64,000 nt of DNA, from positions 96,001 to 160,000 of the forward strand of contig JAVRCV020000073.1 of assembly GCA_034530615.2 (NCBI GenBank), in the 5' to 3' direction. Both the position numbers and the translations under genes were made by a program. Below, one piece after another: positions 50,800 through 62,104 of this stretch. How positions within the stretch are numbered: the stretch's first letter is position 1; each line of letters starts with the position of its first letter. The notes beneath the pieces are model-generated. The model saw only the letters and a list, made by a program, of their open reading frames with translations, did no database searches and was not told the DNA's origin. Origin of the DNA: Aulosira sp. ZfuVER01. GTDB lineage: Bacteria; Cyanobacteriota; Cyanobacteriia; Cyanobacteriales; Nostocaceae.

Positions 50800-53700
50800 T
50801 CAAGCAGATGTATGGTCGGTTTGCAATTTAATTCCCAAAACTTGGGTGTAAGCGCCCCGTGCTTGAGTAACGCCAATTGTGCGTTCGGCTGATTCTATCA
50901 TCGGTCGGCGCAAACTCACAACTATAAATTGTGCTTGTTTTGCCTGTTGTTTAATCATTCTAGCTAATCGCTCTACGTTTGCCCCATCCAAAAACATATC
51001 GACTTCGTCAAAAGCGTAGAAGGGTGAAGGGCGATAGCGTTGCAAGGAAAAGATAAAGCTTAAGGCTGTGAGAGATTTTTCACCACCGGACATGGAAGCT
51101 AATCTTTGCACCGGTTTTCCTTTGGGGTGTGCTACCAGATTGAGTCCACTGCTAAAGGGATCTTCGGGATCGTCTAGTTGTAGGTAGCCATCACCGTCGG
51201 AAAGGGTGGCGAAAATTGATTGGAAGTTTTCGTTTACTGCGTCGAAGGCTTCTTTAAAGGCGCGTTGACGCAATGTAGTAAAGTTTTCAATCCGCAAAAG
51301 TAATTCTGTGCGCTCTCCTTCTAATGTTTCTAGTTTTTGCGTCAGTTCTTGCAGGCGGTTTTGGGTGCGTTCATATTCTTCTAAGGCCAGCATATTTACT
51401 GGTTCCATTGCTTGCAAGCGTTTGGCAAGCGATCGCAATTCTTTCTGCAATTCTTCTAAGTCTACTTGATCGGGTACTTCTGGCAGAGGATCGGGCAATT
51501 CTGGCGCTAGGGTTTGCAGTTGCTCTTTGACGTTAACTAATTCCTCACGCCGTGCTACAAGAGTTTCTTGGAGTTTTTCCAGTTCCCATTCTAATTGTTG
51601 TTGACGCAGGAGATGCGATCGCAATTCTTGTTCGGTGCGATCGCGTTTTTGCTTTTCTTCCCCTAAATTCTGTTCCATCTGGCTCAACGTCGCCCGCATT
51701 TCGGCAATTTGGGTGCTGAGTGCTGAGTGCTGGGTACTGAGTGCAGTTAGTTGATTTTGCTGTGTTTCTTGCTCCTGCTGGTATTGAGCAATTCGTTCCT
51801 CGGCTTCTTGGATTTTTTCTTGTAAGCGCTGTTGCTGATTTTCGAGATTTTTTAATCTTTGTTCGGCTTCGCGTAAGGCTGTCTCTCTTTGTTGTAATTG
51901 TTGCTCTTGGTTTTTAATGGTTGCTTGGATTTGTTGCCATTCGCTGGGGGTTTGGGAGGCTTCTAACTCCGCTAAAGTTTGTCGCAATTGTTGCAACTGC
52001 GTTTCTTGTCCTGGTAATTCCCGATCTAGAATCTCCAAGCGAGATTGAGCAGTGGCGAATTTTTCGTTATTTTGCGCTAATTGCGATCGCGTTGTTTCTA
52101 ACTGCGCTGTCAAAGTTTTAATTTCTTTTTGCAACTGTTCTAATTGCAACTGCTGTTCGCGCCGCGCTTGACGTGCTTCTGTGACTTCTTGCGCCAAGGC
52201 TTTGGTTTTGATTGATAGCTTATTGATGGCTTCACCACAACGATCTAAAACTCGCTCAATTTCTCCTAAGCGATTTCTTAAAGCGGCGACTTCTTCCGGT
52301 TCGGCGGCTTCCACGTTCCCAAACCGCAACGATGAACGCTGGTTGTTGCTACCACCAGTCATCGCACCGCTAGTTTCTAATAATTCGCCGTCTAAGGTGA
52401 CAATGCGGTATAAACCTAAGTTTTTCCGCGCCTGTTCTAAGGTAGAAAATACGACGGTGTTACCAAATACATAGCTAAAAACATCTTTATAACGGCGATC
52501 GCACTCAACTAAATTTACAGCATAGTTGACGAAGCCACTGGCTAGACGCAGTGTGGCATCTTGGGTAAATCTGGGAGCGTTAATTTTATTTAAGGGTAAA
52601 AAAGTAGCTCTCCCGGCGCGTTTCTGCTTTAACAGTTCAATCCCAGCAGCCGCAACACCATCATCTTCCACCACAATATGTCCTAAACGCCCACCAGCAG
52701 CAATTTCCAAAGCTAGCTGAAAACGGGGTTCGACTCTGCCTAACTGTACCACTAAGCCACAAAGTCCCGGCATTCCTGATTGCATGATGACTTTGCTAGC
52801 TTGAGTTCCTTGGATTTCTTGTTGTGCTTGCGCTTGCGCTTCAAGTTTATCTAACTGTCGTTGTTTTTCCCGTTGTTCTTGTAAAAGCCGCTTTTGCGTA
52901 TCCTGTTGGATTTGCAGTTCTTGTTCTGTGGCTGCGAGATTTTGCGCTAAGTTTTGGATCGGTTCGCTAGAGGCGTTAAATTCTGTTTCTAGGCGACTAC
53001 AATCAGCTTGTTTTGTGGCTAATTCTGGTTCTAAAGTGGCAATTAGCTGGGTTTGCTCTTGAATTTGCTGCTGTAGTTGGCTATTACGCTCTGTTAACTG
53101 TGCTTGCTCAGTGCGTTGGGGTTCGAGAGTTTGCAGCAAAGTTTCGATTTGACGGTTTAACGCCGTTTGTTGCTGTACCCACGCTTCCGAAGCCGAAGCA
53201 ATTTCTGCTGCTGCTTGGCGAGAAACTTCTAAACCTTGTTGCGTCTCATCCCGCTGCTGCTGACAGTAGACGATTGATTGCTTTTCGACAACCTGAGTTT
53301 GCGCAATTTGTTCTAGGGAACGTTGGTGTTGTTGAATTTCTTGCTGGCTTTGCGCCTGACGTTTGGTAGTTTCTTGAGTGGCTGTTTCTAATTCGCTGCG
53401 TTGACGCTGGAGTTGTTTGTACTCAGCTTCTTGGGTAGCGAGGCTAGATTGTACCGCTAAAAGTTCCTCTTCCCCCAAAGCTTTCACATGAGCATTGAGT
53501 TGATCGAGTTCAACGGTGGTTTGCTCAATTGTAGTGTTGAGAGTTGTCAGTTCCGCCGAAAGTTCTTGTGATTTGCGATCGCCATTTTGAATTTGGTTAG
53601 CTAATTTTTCTTGCTGTGCTTGTAGAGAACGCCACGATAACACTGCTTCCCAAGATTGTTTGGCGAGATATTCGGCGCGGAGTTTTTGGTATTTTTCGGC

Positions 53701-54444
53701 TTTGGCTCGGTCTTGAGAAAGGCGATCGCGTTGTACAGTTAATTCTGTCTCAATAATCCGACAACTATCTTCTTTCTCTTTCACCTCATCTAAAGTATTC
53801 TTGGCTTGGTGAATTTTGCGATCGAACGCTGCTACTCCAGCCAATTCATCAATAATTTCTCGCCGTTCTCTAGCGTTCATGGAGATAATGCTGGTGACAT
53901 CCCCTTGAAGAACAACGTTATAGCCTTCGGGGTAAATCCGCAGTGTCTCTAATGCTTCATGTAACTCCGTGAGCGTGCAAGATGAGCCGTTGATATAGTA
54001 ATTCGATGTATAAGTTCCTTGGTGTGTCACTCGCAGCTTTCTGGTGACACTCCATTCTCCCGATTCGAGATTTGGGATGTGAGGTTTGGAATTTTCTTCC
54101 TCAACTACCTCTATTACTTCAATTTCCTCTAAGTTTTCTAGGTTTTGCGCCTTTGTATCGTTGTGTGAGACTGCATCAGTAATATCAAACGTCACCGTGA
54201 CACTAGCTTCCACAGTCGCACGACTTTTAGCTGTTTGAGTATTATTTACCAAATCTGGTAGGCGATCGGCACGCATTCCCTTAGAACTAGCGAGTCCGAG
54301 ACAAAACAGCAGCGCATCGAGAATATTCGATTTACCAGAACCATTTGGCCCAGATATAACAGTAAACCCCCCCAGCAAAGGAACTTGGGTAGTACCACCG
54401 AAAGACTTGAAGTTGGTAAGTTCGACGCGCTTGACATGAACCAT
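50800..54444 (-). CDS. smc: Chromosome segregation protein SMC
   Basis: GPNGSGKSN, hinge GRATFLPL, MSGGEKS, FDEVD. Confidence 0.97.
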   Translation of the reverse strand: MVHVKRVELTNFKSFGGTTQVPLLGGFTVISGPNGSGKSNILDALLFCLGLASSKGMRADRLPDLVNNTQTAKSRATVEASVTVTFDITDAVSHNDTKAQNLENLEEIEVIEVVEEENSKPHIPNLESGEWSVTRKLRVTHQGTYTSNYYINGSSCTLTELHEALETLRIYPEGYNVVLQGDVTSIISMNARERREIIDELAGVAAFDRKIHQAKNTLDEVKEKEDSCRIIETELTVQRDRLSQDRAKAEKYQKLRAEYLAKQSWEAVLSWRSLQAQQEKLANQIQNGDRKSQELSAELTTLNTTIEQTTVELDQLNAHVKALGEEELLAVQSSLATQEAEYKQLQRQRSELETATQETTKRQAQSQQEIQQHQRSLEQIAQTQVVEKQSIVYCQQQRDETQQGLEVSRQAAAEIASASEAWVQQQTALNRQIETLLQTLEPQRTEQAQLTERNSQLQQQIQEQTQLIATLEPELATKQADCSRLETEFNASSEPIQNLAQNLAATEQELQIQQDTQKRLLQEQREKQRQLDKLEAQAQAQQEIQGTQASKVIMQSGMPGLCGLVVQLGRVEPRFQLALEIAAGGRLGHIVVEDDGVAAAGIELLKQKRAGRATFLPLNKINAPRFTQDATLRLASGFVNYAVNLVECDRRYKDVFSYVFGNTVVFSTLEQARKNLGLYRIVTLDGELLETSGAMTGGSNNQRSSLRFGNVEAAEPEEVAALRNRLGEIERVLDRCGEAINKLSIKTKALAQEVTEARQARREQQLQLEQLQKEIKTLTAQLETTRSQLAQNNEKFATAQSRLEILDRELPGQETQLQQLRQTLAELEASQTPSEWQQIQATIKNQEQQLQQRETALREAEQRLKNLENQQQRLQEKIQEAEERIAQYQQEQETQQNQLTALSTQHSALSTQIAEMRATLSQMEQNLGEEKQKRDRTEQELRSHLLRQQQLEWELEKLQETLVARREELVNVKEQLQTLAPELPDPLPEVPDQVDLEELQKELRSLAKRLQAMEPVNMLALEEYERTQNRLQELTQKLETLEGERTELLLRIENFTTLRQRAFKEAFDAVNENFQSIFATLSDGDGYLQLDDPEDPFSSGLNLVAHPKGKPVQRLASMSGGEKSLTALSFIFSLQRYRPSPFYAFDEVDMFLDGANVERLARMIKQQAKQAQFIVVSLRRPMIESAERTIGVTQARGAYTQVLGIKLQTDHTSA

Positions 54445-54747
54445 AGGCGCTCTTTTGCTGGGCTAATGAAGTAAAAGTGTAGCAAGGAAATATAAATTGT
54501 CTACTAATTCAGCCAGAGAATTTCGGATTTATCCAACCACTCTTGGCGCAAACAACAAAGACAAGAGTAAGGGAAGTTTATCAGCACTGGTAAGTAATTG
54601 ATCGAGTTTTAATCTATCGTTAGGCATCGCTATTTCAGCGAGTTAGCCAAATACTCTACATTCTCCTGTAATGTCGATTTTGAACATTTGTACTAACTTG
54701 AATATTGCAGTCTTACTTATATCATGTTTGAGTAAGGCTGTGACGTG

Positions 54748-54816
54748 ACTACGCAAGTTACTGTCCTTACTACAGAAGTTGCTGTCCTTACTACAGGAGT
54801 TGCTGTCCTTACTACA
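54748..54816. repeat. About 3.3 x 21-nt tandem repeat
   Basis: ACTACAGAAGTTGCTGTCCTT consensus. Confidence 0.85.
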
Positions 54817-55019
54817 CGATGATTGTGAATTAGTCCGACTATTCGCCAGATGTCTCATTAATTCAAAGTTGGGAATATTGTTATTCAAGAATGATTTCAA
54901 ATTTTTATATGTTCTTAAACCAGTGGCTTCTGGCTGCAATCTGAGGTGTCAGCAGCGATCGCACGTATGTTGCTAAATTAACAAAGGAGAATCAAAATCA
55001 CAGCTAGGTGCAATCCACA

Positions 55020-57212
55020 ATGGTATCTATTTCTACACCGTTCTCAGATATTAATAACCATTGGGCACGCTTATTTATTCAAGCTTTATCAGCGCGTCGC
55101 ATTTTAAATGGATATCCTAACGGGACTTTTCGCCCAGATAACTCAGTAACTCGTGCGGAATTTGCTGCCATTATTGGGGCAGTCTTTACAGTACCTCCAA
55201 AGCGGCAATATGTCCCTTTTACCGATGTACCTGCTAAACACTGGGCTTTTAATGCTATTCAAAAAACTTATGAGACAGGATTTATTAGTGGATATCCCGA
55301 TCGCACTTTTCGTCCCGACAATAGAATTTCTCGGGGAGATGTTTTTGTTGCTATAGTCAACGGCTTGGATCTTGCTTCTAAGATCAAACCTGATTTGGTA
55401 AGTAGATTGTCGCAATTCTATCAAGATGCAAATGCGATCGCAGCCTATGCAAAAAATCAGGTATCTATTGCAACAAGTGCTGGGTTAGTGGTTAGCTATC
55501 CAAATATCAAATTACTGAACCCAAATATCGCAGCGACTCGTGCTGATGTAGCAGCTATAGTCTATCAAGCTTTAGTCTATTTGGGACAAGCAGACAAAAT
55601 TAACTCTGCCTACTTAGTCATCCCACCAACGCCAGCACCCAGCCCAACACCAAGCACCACACCAACGCCGACACCAACACCAACACCAACACCTATACCT
55701 ATTCCAGTCCCAACACCAACGCCAACGCCGACACCCATTCCCATACCAACGCCAACACCCACCCCAACACCCATTCCCATACCAACACCAACACCCACCC
55801 CAACACCCACTCCCATACCATCAAATACAATCAGAATAAATCATCAACGGGAGTTTCGCGGGGCGTGGGTAGCATCAGTCTGGAATAGTGATTGGCCTTC
55901 TAAGCCAGGACTACCTGTTGCACAGCAGAAATCTGAACTACTGGCAATTATCACCAAATTACAGCAGCTGAACTTTAATGCACTAATTTTGCAGGTGCGG
56001 CCAGAAGGGGATGCGTTGTATGCTTCATCGTTAGAACCTTGGAGTGCTTGGTTAACAGGAACTCAGGGTAAAGCGCCAGAACCATTTTATGACCCCTTAG
56101 AGTTTGCGATCGCAGAATGCCACAAGCGCAATATTGAACTTCATGCTTGGTTCAACCCTTATCGCGCTAAAACTTCAATTCAGCAAGGGTCAAATGTCAG
56201 TCCCCACATCGCAGTTACTAATCCCGATGTTGTTTATAAATGGGGTAATCAGCTGTGGATGGATCCAGGATTGAAAGTTGTGCAAGATCGGGCGTACAAC
56301 GTCATTCTTGATGTTGTACGCCGTTATGACATCGATGGCGTACACTTAGATGATTATTTTTATCCCTATCCCATATCAGGTCAAACTTTCCCTGATAACA
56401 AAACCTACGCAGCTTATAAAAACGCTGGCGGCGGACTCAGCTTGGGTGACTGGCGCAGAGAAAATGTCAATCTCATGGTGGTGCGTCTAGCTGAAGGGAT
56501 TAAAGCTGCAAAACCCTACGTTAAATTTGGCATTAGTCCCTTTGGTATTTATCGCCCCGGACAACCATCAGGAATTACCGGCTTAGATGCTTACGATGTA
56601 CTCTACGCCGACTCGAAAAAATGGCTAGAACAAGGTTGGATTGATTACATTGCTCCTCAACTTTACTGGCGTACCGACCAAACACAACAAAGTTATTCTG
56701 CCTTACTTAAGTGGTGGACACAGGTAAACACAAAACAAAAACACGTTTACGCTGGTAACAATTTAACAGAACCCAGCAACAAGAGCCGCGAGAGTGAAGA
56801 GATTGAAAAGCAGGTAATAATTAGTCGTAGCCAAGCCGGACTGTTGTCACTGGGGAACATCTTCTTTAATTTGGGTGTTTTGATGGACAATAGTCAGGGC
56901 ATTGCTGATAAATTCCAAAGTCTGCTTTATAACAAGCCTGCTCTACCTCCTATTTTGCCTTGGCATGATACAACACCACCAGCACCGCCTACAGCATTGC
57001 AATATGTTAACGGCAAACTCAATTGGCAACCTGGTGATAATCAACCAGTTCGTTCTTGGGCACTTTATCGGCAAACTGGGGATAATTGGGTAATTCAGCG
57101 AGTTTTATCTGCTGGAACAAACTTTGCTACTGTAGGGCCGGGAACTTATGCCGTCTCCGCAGTTAACAGGTTAGCGAATGAGAGTTTCGGAACAGTAATT
57201 ACAGTCAGTTAA
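55020..57212 (+). CDS. SLH domains, Pro/Thr linker and GHL10 (DUF187) glycoside hydrolase
   Basis: [17 protein letters not shown] repeats; [29 protein letters not shown]. Confidence 0.9.
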   Translation: MVSISTPFSDINNHWARLFIQALSARRILNGYPNGTFRPDNSVTRAEFAAIIGAVFTVPPKRQYVPFTDVPAKHWAFNAIQKTYETGFISGYPDRTFRPDNRISRGDVFVAIVNGLDLASKIKPDLVSRLSQFYQDANAIAAYAKNQVSIATSAGLVVSYPNIKLLNPNIAATRADVAAIVYQALVYLGQADKINSAYLVIPPTPAPSPTPSTTPTPTPTPTPTPIPIPVPTPTPTPTPIPIPTPTPTPTPIPIPTPTPTPTPTPIPSNTIRINHQREFRGAWVASVWNSDWPSKPGLPVAQQKSELLAIITKLQQLNFNALILQVRPEGDALYASSLEPWSAWLTGTQGKAPEPFYDPLEFAIAECHKRNIELHAWFNPYRAKTSIQQGSNVSPHIAVTNPDVVYKWGNQLWMDPGLKVVQDRAYNVILDVVRRYDIDGVHLDDYFYPYPISGQTFPDNKTYAAYKNAGGGLSLGDWRRENVNLMVVRLAEGIKAAKPYVKFGISPFGIYRPGQPSGITGLDAYDVLYADSKKWLEQGWIDYIAPQLYWRTDQTQQSYSALLKWWTQVNTKQKHVYAGNNLTEPSNKSRESEEIEKQVIISRSQAGLLSLGNIFFNLGVLMDNSQGIADKFQSLLYNKPALPPILPWHDTTPPAPPTALQYVNGKLNWQPGDNQPVRSWALYRQTGDNWVIQRVLSAGTNFATVGPGTYAVSAVNRLANESFGTVITVS
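55623..55820 (+). repeat. Coding (PT)n linker repeat
   Basis: CCAACA/CCAACG hexamers with larger PTPIPIP units. Confidence 0.9.
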
Positions 57213-57574
57213 TTGTAATTAATTACCGCAGTTTTCAGGCTGTTGCATTCTGTGCGATCGCTTCTTATACCAACATGCTTCTTGTATTAAGCCAATCCTT
57301 TGGATATCAAACCACAGATGAAGGCAGATAAACATAGATAATTATCGGCATTCATTTGTGGTTAGTTTTTGATTATTTTCAATTTTCCTAATAAATCTAA
57401 TCCCTCTTTTGTTACTTTCAGCAGAGAATAATCCCTAAGTCTTATTATTGGGTTATTTATCAACAAGCTAAGTTAAATGAGAAAATGATCATGCGATCGC
57501 TCAATTGATGATTTTGTCTAAGGTTCAGATTGGGTAGACTATTATTCTCTCCCCGTAGTGATAAAAGAGGGCTA

Positions 57575-57674
57575 ATACCAATTTGAAAAAAGAATGTTAC
57601 AGATGCTAGGGGCACAGCAATGCTGTGCGCTCTAGAATATATTGATGTGTCGCAAACATTATTTGAATTGGTAT
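57575..57674. mobile_element. MITE-like element with an inner REP-like hairpin
   Basis: ATACCAATT...AATTGGTAT ends; GCACAGCA-A-TGCTGTGC inside. Confidence 0.6.
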
Positions 57675-57751
57675 AAGTATCCTAATTAGTTACAGTTTAA
57701 ATAGGTTATAGCTTAACCCTTGACAGATCTTTGAGAATCGCTATCTCGATC

Positions 57752-58160
57752 ATGCCTTCTCCTTTCCCCGGAATAGACCCCTACTTAGAACACCCAGAAA
57801 TTAGTCTTAGGAAGTTCTACTCATCTGGTGGAAATTGATTTACTCCGGGTTTGGGAACCCATGCCAGTATTTGCCAACGGTAATCAAAATCACTACCGAA
57901 TTTTAGTCAGTCGCGGAGACTGCCGTCCCAGTGCCGATCTCTATGCTTTTAACCTACAGGATGCGATCCCGCCATTTCCCCTTCCTTTGCGGGCGGGCGA
58001 TCGCGAACCCATTATTGATTTACAGAAGTTGTTAAGTGACATATACGATCGCGCAGGTTACGATCTCAAACTCGATTATACTTCCGATCCCGTACCACCA
58101 CTATCAGCAACTGATGCAGCTTGGGCAAATGCTTTATTAATAGAGAAAGGCTGGCGCTGA
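57752..58160 (+). pseudogene. DUF4058-family gene with an internal deletion and frameshift
   Basis: MPSPFPGIDPYLEHPE joined out of frame to VLGSSTHLVEIDLLR...IPPFPLPL. Confidence 0.8.
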
Positions 58161-58380
58161 AACTCTTTACGTAGTACATGAAATTTTTCTTGCCAACTTA
58201 CTTACTCATTTGCAGCTTGTTGTAATAGGTTGAGATTAATGAAATCGCTTCCCTTCATAAAGACTTTGACGAGGGAAGCGTGCCAATATCTGTTGCAATT
58301 ACAGATACTACTTTTGATGGCAATTTGGTACACGACTGAGGTTATACGAAAACAGCAAGCTAGAGTTTTAGATATCAGGC

Positions 58381-59079
58381 TCAACGTTGAACAGTCTGTG
58401 CAGATTGATTAAATAATAACTCCCGTGCCTTTTCAATATCTAATGCCTGGTTTTTGAAAGCTTCTGCCTTTTCATAAGCGCGAATTGTTGCCGGACGTGC
58501 CTTAATCGTCTCAAACCAGCGCTTCAGATTGGGAAAATCTTCTAGGTTCTGGCTTTGAATTTCATAAGGCACAATCCAAGGATAAGCGGCAATATCAGCA
58601 ATGGAATAATCGCCAGCGACAAATTCTCTATCTGCCAATCGTTTATCTAACACTGCATACAAGCGTCCTGTTTCTTTGACATAGCGGTTAATGGCATAGT
58701 CAATTTTTTCTGGTGCGTATTGGCTAAAGTGGTGGTTTTGTCCAGCCATTGGCCCTAAACCTGCCATCTGCCAGAATAGCCATTGTAAAACTTCTACGCG
58801 TTGGTGTACATCTTGCGGAATCAACTTCCCAGTTTTTTCTGCTAAATACAACAGAATTGCACCAGACTCAAACACAGAAATCGGCGCACTACCATTTGTC
58901 GGTTCATTATCAACAATTGCAGGGATGCGATTGTTAGGTGAAATCTGAAGAAAATCTGGCTTGAATTGCTCGCCAGCACCAATATTTACCGGAATAATGT
59001 TGTAAGGAATTCCAACTTCTTCCAAGAACATTGTGATTTTATGACCGTTGGGAGTTGTCCAATAATAAAGGTCAATCAT
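58381..59079 (-). CDS. Glutathione S-transferase, YfcG-like
   Basis: TPNGHK, SPNNRIPAI, FESGAILLYLAEK. Confidence 0.92.
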   Translation of the reverse strand: MIDLYYWTTPNGHKITMFLEEVGIPYNIIPVNIGAGEQFKPDFLQISPNNRIPAIVDNEPTNGSAPISVFESGAILLYLAEKTGKLIPQDVHQRVEVLQWLFWQMAGLGPMAGQNHHFSQYAPEKIDYAINRYVKETGRLYAVLDKRLADREFVAGDYSIADIAAYPWIVPYEIQSQNLEDFPNLKRWFETIKARPATIRAYEKAEAFKNQALDIEKARELLFNQSAQTVQR

Positions 59080-59203
59080 GGTTATTTTTCCTGAATTTTA
59101 TGATTAAGTAAAAGGCAGAAGGCGGAAGGAAAAATTTAATTTTTGAGCAATTTGAATTATCTCTACCTAATCTGACGTATCTCGTGCTGCCGACTGATGT
59201 AGT

Positions 59204-59974
59204 TTATGAATCTGGTAATTTAGCAATTGCAGCCCAAACTCTATGGTGAACCTGCAAAATTGGTGTAGGATATTTCTCTTGCAGTAATGTTGCTAATTCC
59301 TGGTCAAATACTTCTACTTGTTCTGGGGTGATACTGGCTCCTACACCAGCGCTAGCACGTATCCGTCCGCGCCAATTCTCATGAGTGTAAGGTACAAAGA
59401 CATCATAGGAGAATGTTTGAATTTCCCGGAATCCTCCCTCAGCAATGTCTCTTAACCACTGGGGATGTAAACCACTACCGCCGCCCATTTTCCATTGGGG
59501 ATTGTGAGCTTCTATCAGTTTTTCTGTAGCTTCAACTACATTACCTTTTAAAGGTATCCAATCAAAATGAGCGATCGCAATATAACCATCAGCTCTTAAA
59601 ATCCGCTTGACTTCCTGCACAGCGCGGGGACGGTCAAACCAATGCCAGCATTGTCCAGTAGTCACCACATCAACGCTAGCATCTGGTAAACCAGTATTTT
59701 CCGCAGTTGCTATGCGATACTCTACCTGAACCTGGGCAGCTTGGTCTAATTGCTTTGCTTGTTCTACAAGTGATACTGATGGGTCTATGCCAATCACCTT
59801 CGCGCCTCTAGTAGCAAAGCCTCGTGCTAAGGTTCCTGTTCCTGTACCGAGGTCAACAATGTTTTGCTCTGGTAAACCAATACCGTATTTAGATAGTCTG
59901 TCAAATAAGGAACTGGGAAAACCAGCGCGGTGTTTGGCGTAATCAGTGGCAGTTATACCGAAATCTATTTTCAT
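59204..59974 (-). CDS. Class I SAM-dependent methyltransferase
   Basis: VDLGTGTG, GQCWHWFD. Confidence 0.9.
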   Translation of the reverse strand: MKIDFGITATDYAKHRAGFPSSLFDRLSKYGIGLPEQNIVDLGTGTGTLARGFATRGAKVIGIDPSVSLVEQAKQLDQAAQVQVEYRIATAENTGLPDASVDVVTTGQCWHWFDRPRAVQEVKRILRADGYIAIAHFDWIPLKGNVVEATEKLIEAHNPQWKMGGGSGLHPQWLRDIAEGGFREIQTFSYDVFVPYTHENWRGRIRASAGVGASITPEQVEVFDQELATLLQEKYPTPILQVHHRVWAAIAKLPDS

Positions 59975-60008
59975 ATTTAGTAGCTCGGTAAAAATCTGGG
60001 AAACTTGA

Positions 60009-60698
60009 TTAAAAACGCTCGACCCAAGGACGCAATTCTACTTCCCAAGTCCAAGCGCTGCGGGGTTGATTTAAGATGTTGAGGTAAGTTTGGGCGATCG
60101 CATCCGGATCGAGGGTACTATCAGGATTATCTGCTGGATCTTGGCGTTCTGTGGAACGGATGGCTCCATCAATTACAAAATGCGCCACATGGATATTCTT
60201 CGGTGCTAGTTCCCTGGCAATGCTTTGAGCTAAACCCCGTAATGCAAATTTGCCCATCGCAAAAGGTGCAGATTGTGCATAACCTTTAACGCTGGCTGAG
60301 GCTCCAGTAAAAAAGATAGCACCGCCCCCCTGCTGTAACATCCTTCTAGCGGCAGCTTGGCCAACTAAAAAGCCTCCGTAAGCAGTGATGTCTAAAGTTG
60401 TTGCAACTTCGTGAGGATCTAAATCAATTAAAGATCCGCGAACTCGAAAACTAGGATTGTAAACAACAACTGTCGGGGCACTCAGTTTATTTTCAACATC
60501 GACAAATAACCGATCTACCTCCTCTGGTTTGGAAGCATCAGCAGCAAAGCTAACCGCTCCAATTTCACTACTCAGCTGAGTCAGTTTCTCAATGCGGCGA
60601 GCAGCTAAGGCTATGTTCAGCCCTTCTTTTGCAAATAAGCGAGCGATAGAAGCACTGAGTCCATTACCTGCTCCGACTATCAAAGCTGTTTCTGGCAT
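60009..60698 (-). CDS. Short-chain dehydrogenase/reductase (atypical)
   Basis: IVGAGNGLS; FAMGK in place of YxxxK. Confidence 0.88.
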   Translation of the reverse strand: MPETALIVGAGNGLSASIARLFAKEGLNIALAARRIEKLTQLSSEIGAVSFAADASKPEEVDRLFVDVENKLSAPTVVVYNPSFRVRGSLIDLDPHEVATTLDITAYGGFLVGQAAARRMLQQGGGAIFFTGASASVKGYAQSAPFAMGKFALRGLAQSIARELAPKNIHVAHFVIDGAIRSTERQDPADNPDSTLDPDAIAQTYLNILNQPRSAWTWEVELRPWVERF

Positions 60699-60721
60699 AG
60701 GTGCGATTTTCCTTTTGCTAA

Positions 60722-62020
60722 CTAAGGATTAATTGTGGCTGAAGATAGCTGTGAATTATTCTTAGTAGGACTTTGACCAATTCGCAGCACTAAGACTGCG
60801 GCTATTAAGCAAAGAACACCCGAAAAAATAAATGCTTGCAGATAACTACCCTGCCAGGTTCTTAGCGCTCCGGCTCCAAAGGCGGCTGTAGCTGCACCGA
60901 GTTGATGTCCTGCAACAATCCAGCCGAACATGACACCGACATTCTCTTTACCGAAGGCGTTGGCTACAAGGCGAACTGTGGGCGGTACTGTAGCAATCCA
61001 GTCGAGTCCGTAGAAGATTGCAAAGATTGAAAGTCCGTAGAATGAGAAGTGAAAACTGAAGGGAAGAAAAATTAAGGATATACCCCGCAGACCATAGTAC
61101 CAGCAAAGTAAGTAGCGATTGTTCCAGCGATCGGACAACCAACCGGAGATAGTTGTCCCGATAAAATCAAAGATTCCCATAATCGCCAGCAGTCCCGCAG
61201 CTTTAACTTCAGGGATACCATGATCGATACAAGCGGGAATTAGATGAGTACCAATGAGTCCGTTAGTGCTGGCACCACAGATAAAAAAACTACTAAATAA
61301 CAACCAAAAATCTCTGGATTTAAGTCCCTGCCAAAGTTTGGTGAGTGTTGAAGTGATGGAATTGACTTTTGGCGGTATGACTTCTACAGTTTCGCTATAA
61401 TCGCCAAAAGGTCGTAAGCCAACTTCCGCAGGGCGATCGCGCATGAATAAAGCGATCGCGGGAGTAACTAAAAGTGCAATACCAGCTAGAGCTAAAGTAG
61501 CTGTTCGCCATCCAAACCTTTCCACAACCGACGCTAACATCGGCAGAAATACCAATTGTCCGGTAGCTGTGCTGGCCGTCAGAATTCCCAGAACCAAACC
61601 CCGCCGTTCCACAAACCAACGATTGACAACAACCGCACCTAATACTAAGGCGATGACTCCGCTACCACTACCGACAATGATTCCCCAAAGCAAGACTAAC
61701 TGCCAGGAAGCTGACATGAAAGTTGTTAAGCCAACACCAAGAGCGATAAAAGCCAGGGCGAATACCATTGTCCGGCGAATACCCATGCGCTCCATAACCG
61801 CAGCCGCAAACGGGCCAATTAGTCCATAGAGGACTAAGTTGAGGGAAATTGCCAAGGATATAGTAGCTCTACTCCAGCCAAACTCCTGCTCCAAGGGTAC
61901 GATCAAAACTCCAGGTGCAGACCGAATTCCGGCTGCTACTAATAACGCTAAGAATGTTAAACCTGCGACAAGCCAGCCATAGTGAAGCGAACGACGTGCT
62001 AAAAACGAGGCTAGGGACAT
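60722..62020 (-). CDS. MFS transporter
   Basis: About 12 TM helices; EFGWSR, GWLSDR motifs. Confidence 0.9.
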   Translation of the reverse strand: MSLASFLARRSLHYGWLVAGLTFLALLVAAGIRSAPGVLIVPLEQEFGWSRATISLAISLNLVLYGLIGPFAAAVMERMGIRRTMVFALAFIALGVGLTTFMSASWQLVLLWGIIVGSGSGVIALVLGAVVVNRWFVERRGLVLGILTASTATGQLVFLPMLASVVERFGWRTATLALAGIALLVTPAIALFMRDRPAEVGLRPFGDYSETVEVIPPKVNSITSTLTKLWQGLKSRDFWLLFSSFFICGASTNGLIGTHLIPACIDHGIPEVKAAGLLAIMGIFDFIGTTISGWLSDRWNNRYLLCWYYGLRGISLIFLPFSFHFSFYGLSIFAIFYGLDWIATVPPTVRLVANAFGKENVGVMFGWIVAGHQLGAATAAFGAGALRTWQGSYLQAFIFSGVLCLIAAVLVLRIGQSPTKNNSQLSSATINP

Positions 62021-62104
62021 GGTTTTTAAGGGATTTGGGAAGGGAACAGATAAACACAGATAATTATCTGCGTTTATCTGCGGTTGAATTTCTACAATTC
62101 AGAA

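Noticed and set aside
50742..50876. PRC-barrel ORF overlapping the smc 3' end
   Set aside because: Upstream in-frame extension only; ATG at 50741 is the plausible start
54643..54976. Two short overlapping ORFs
   Set aside because: Open frames explained by the 21-nt repeat; no recognisable motif
55610..55816. (GV)n ORF
   Set aside because: Antisense of the Pro/Thr linker
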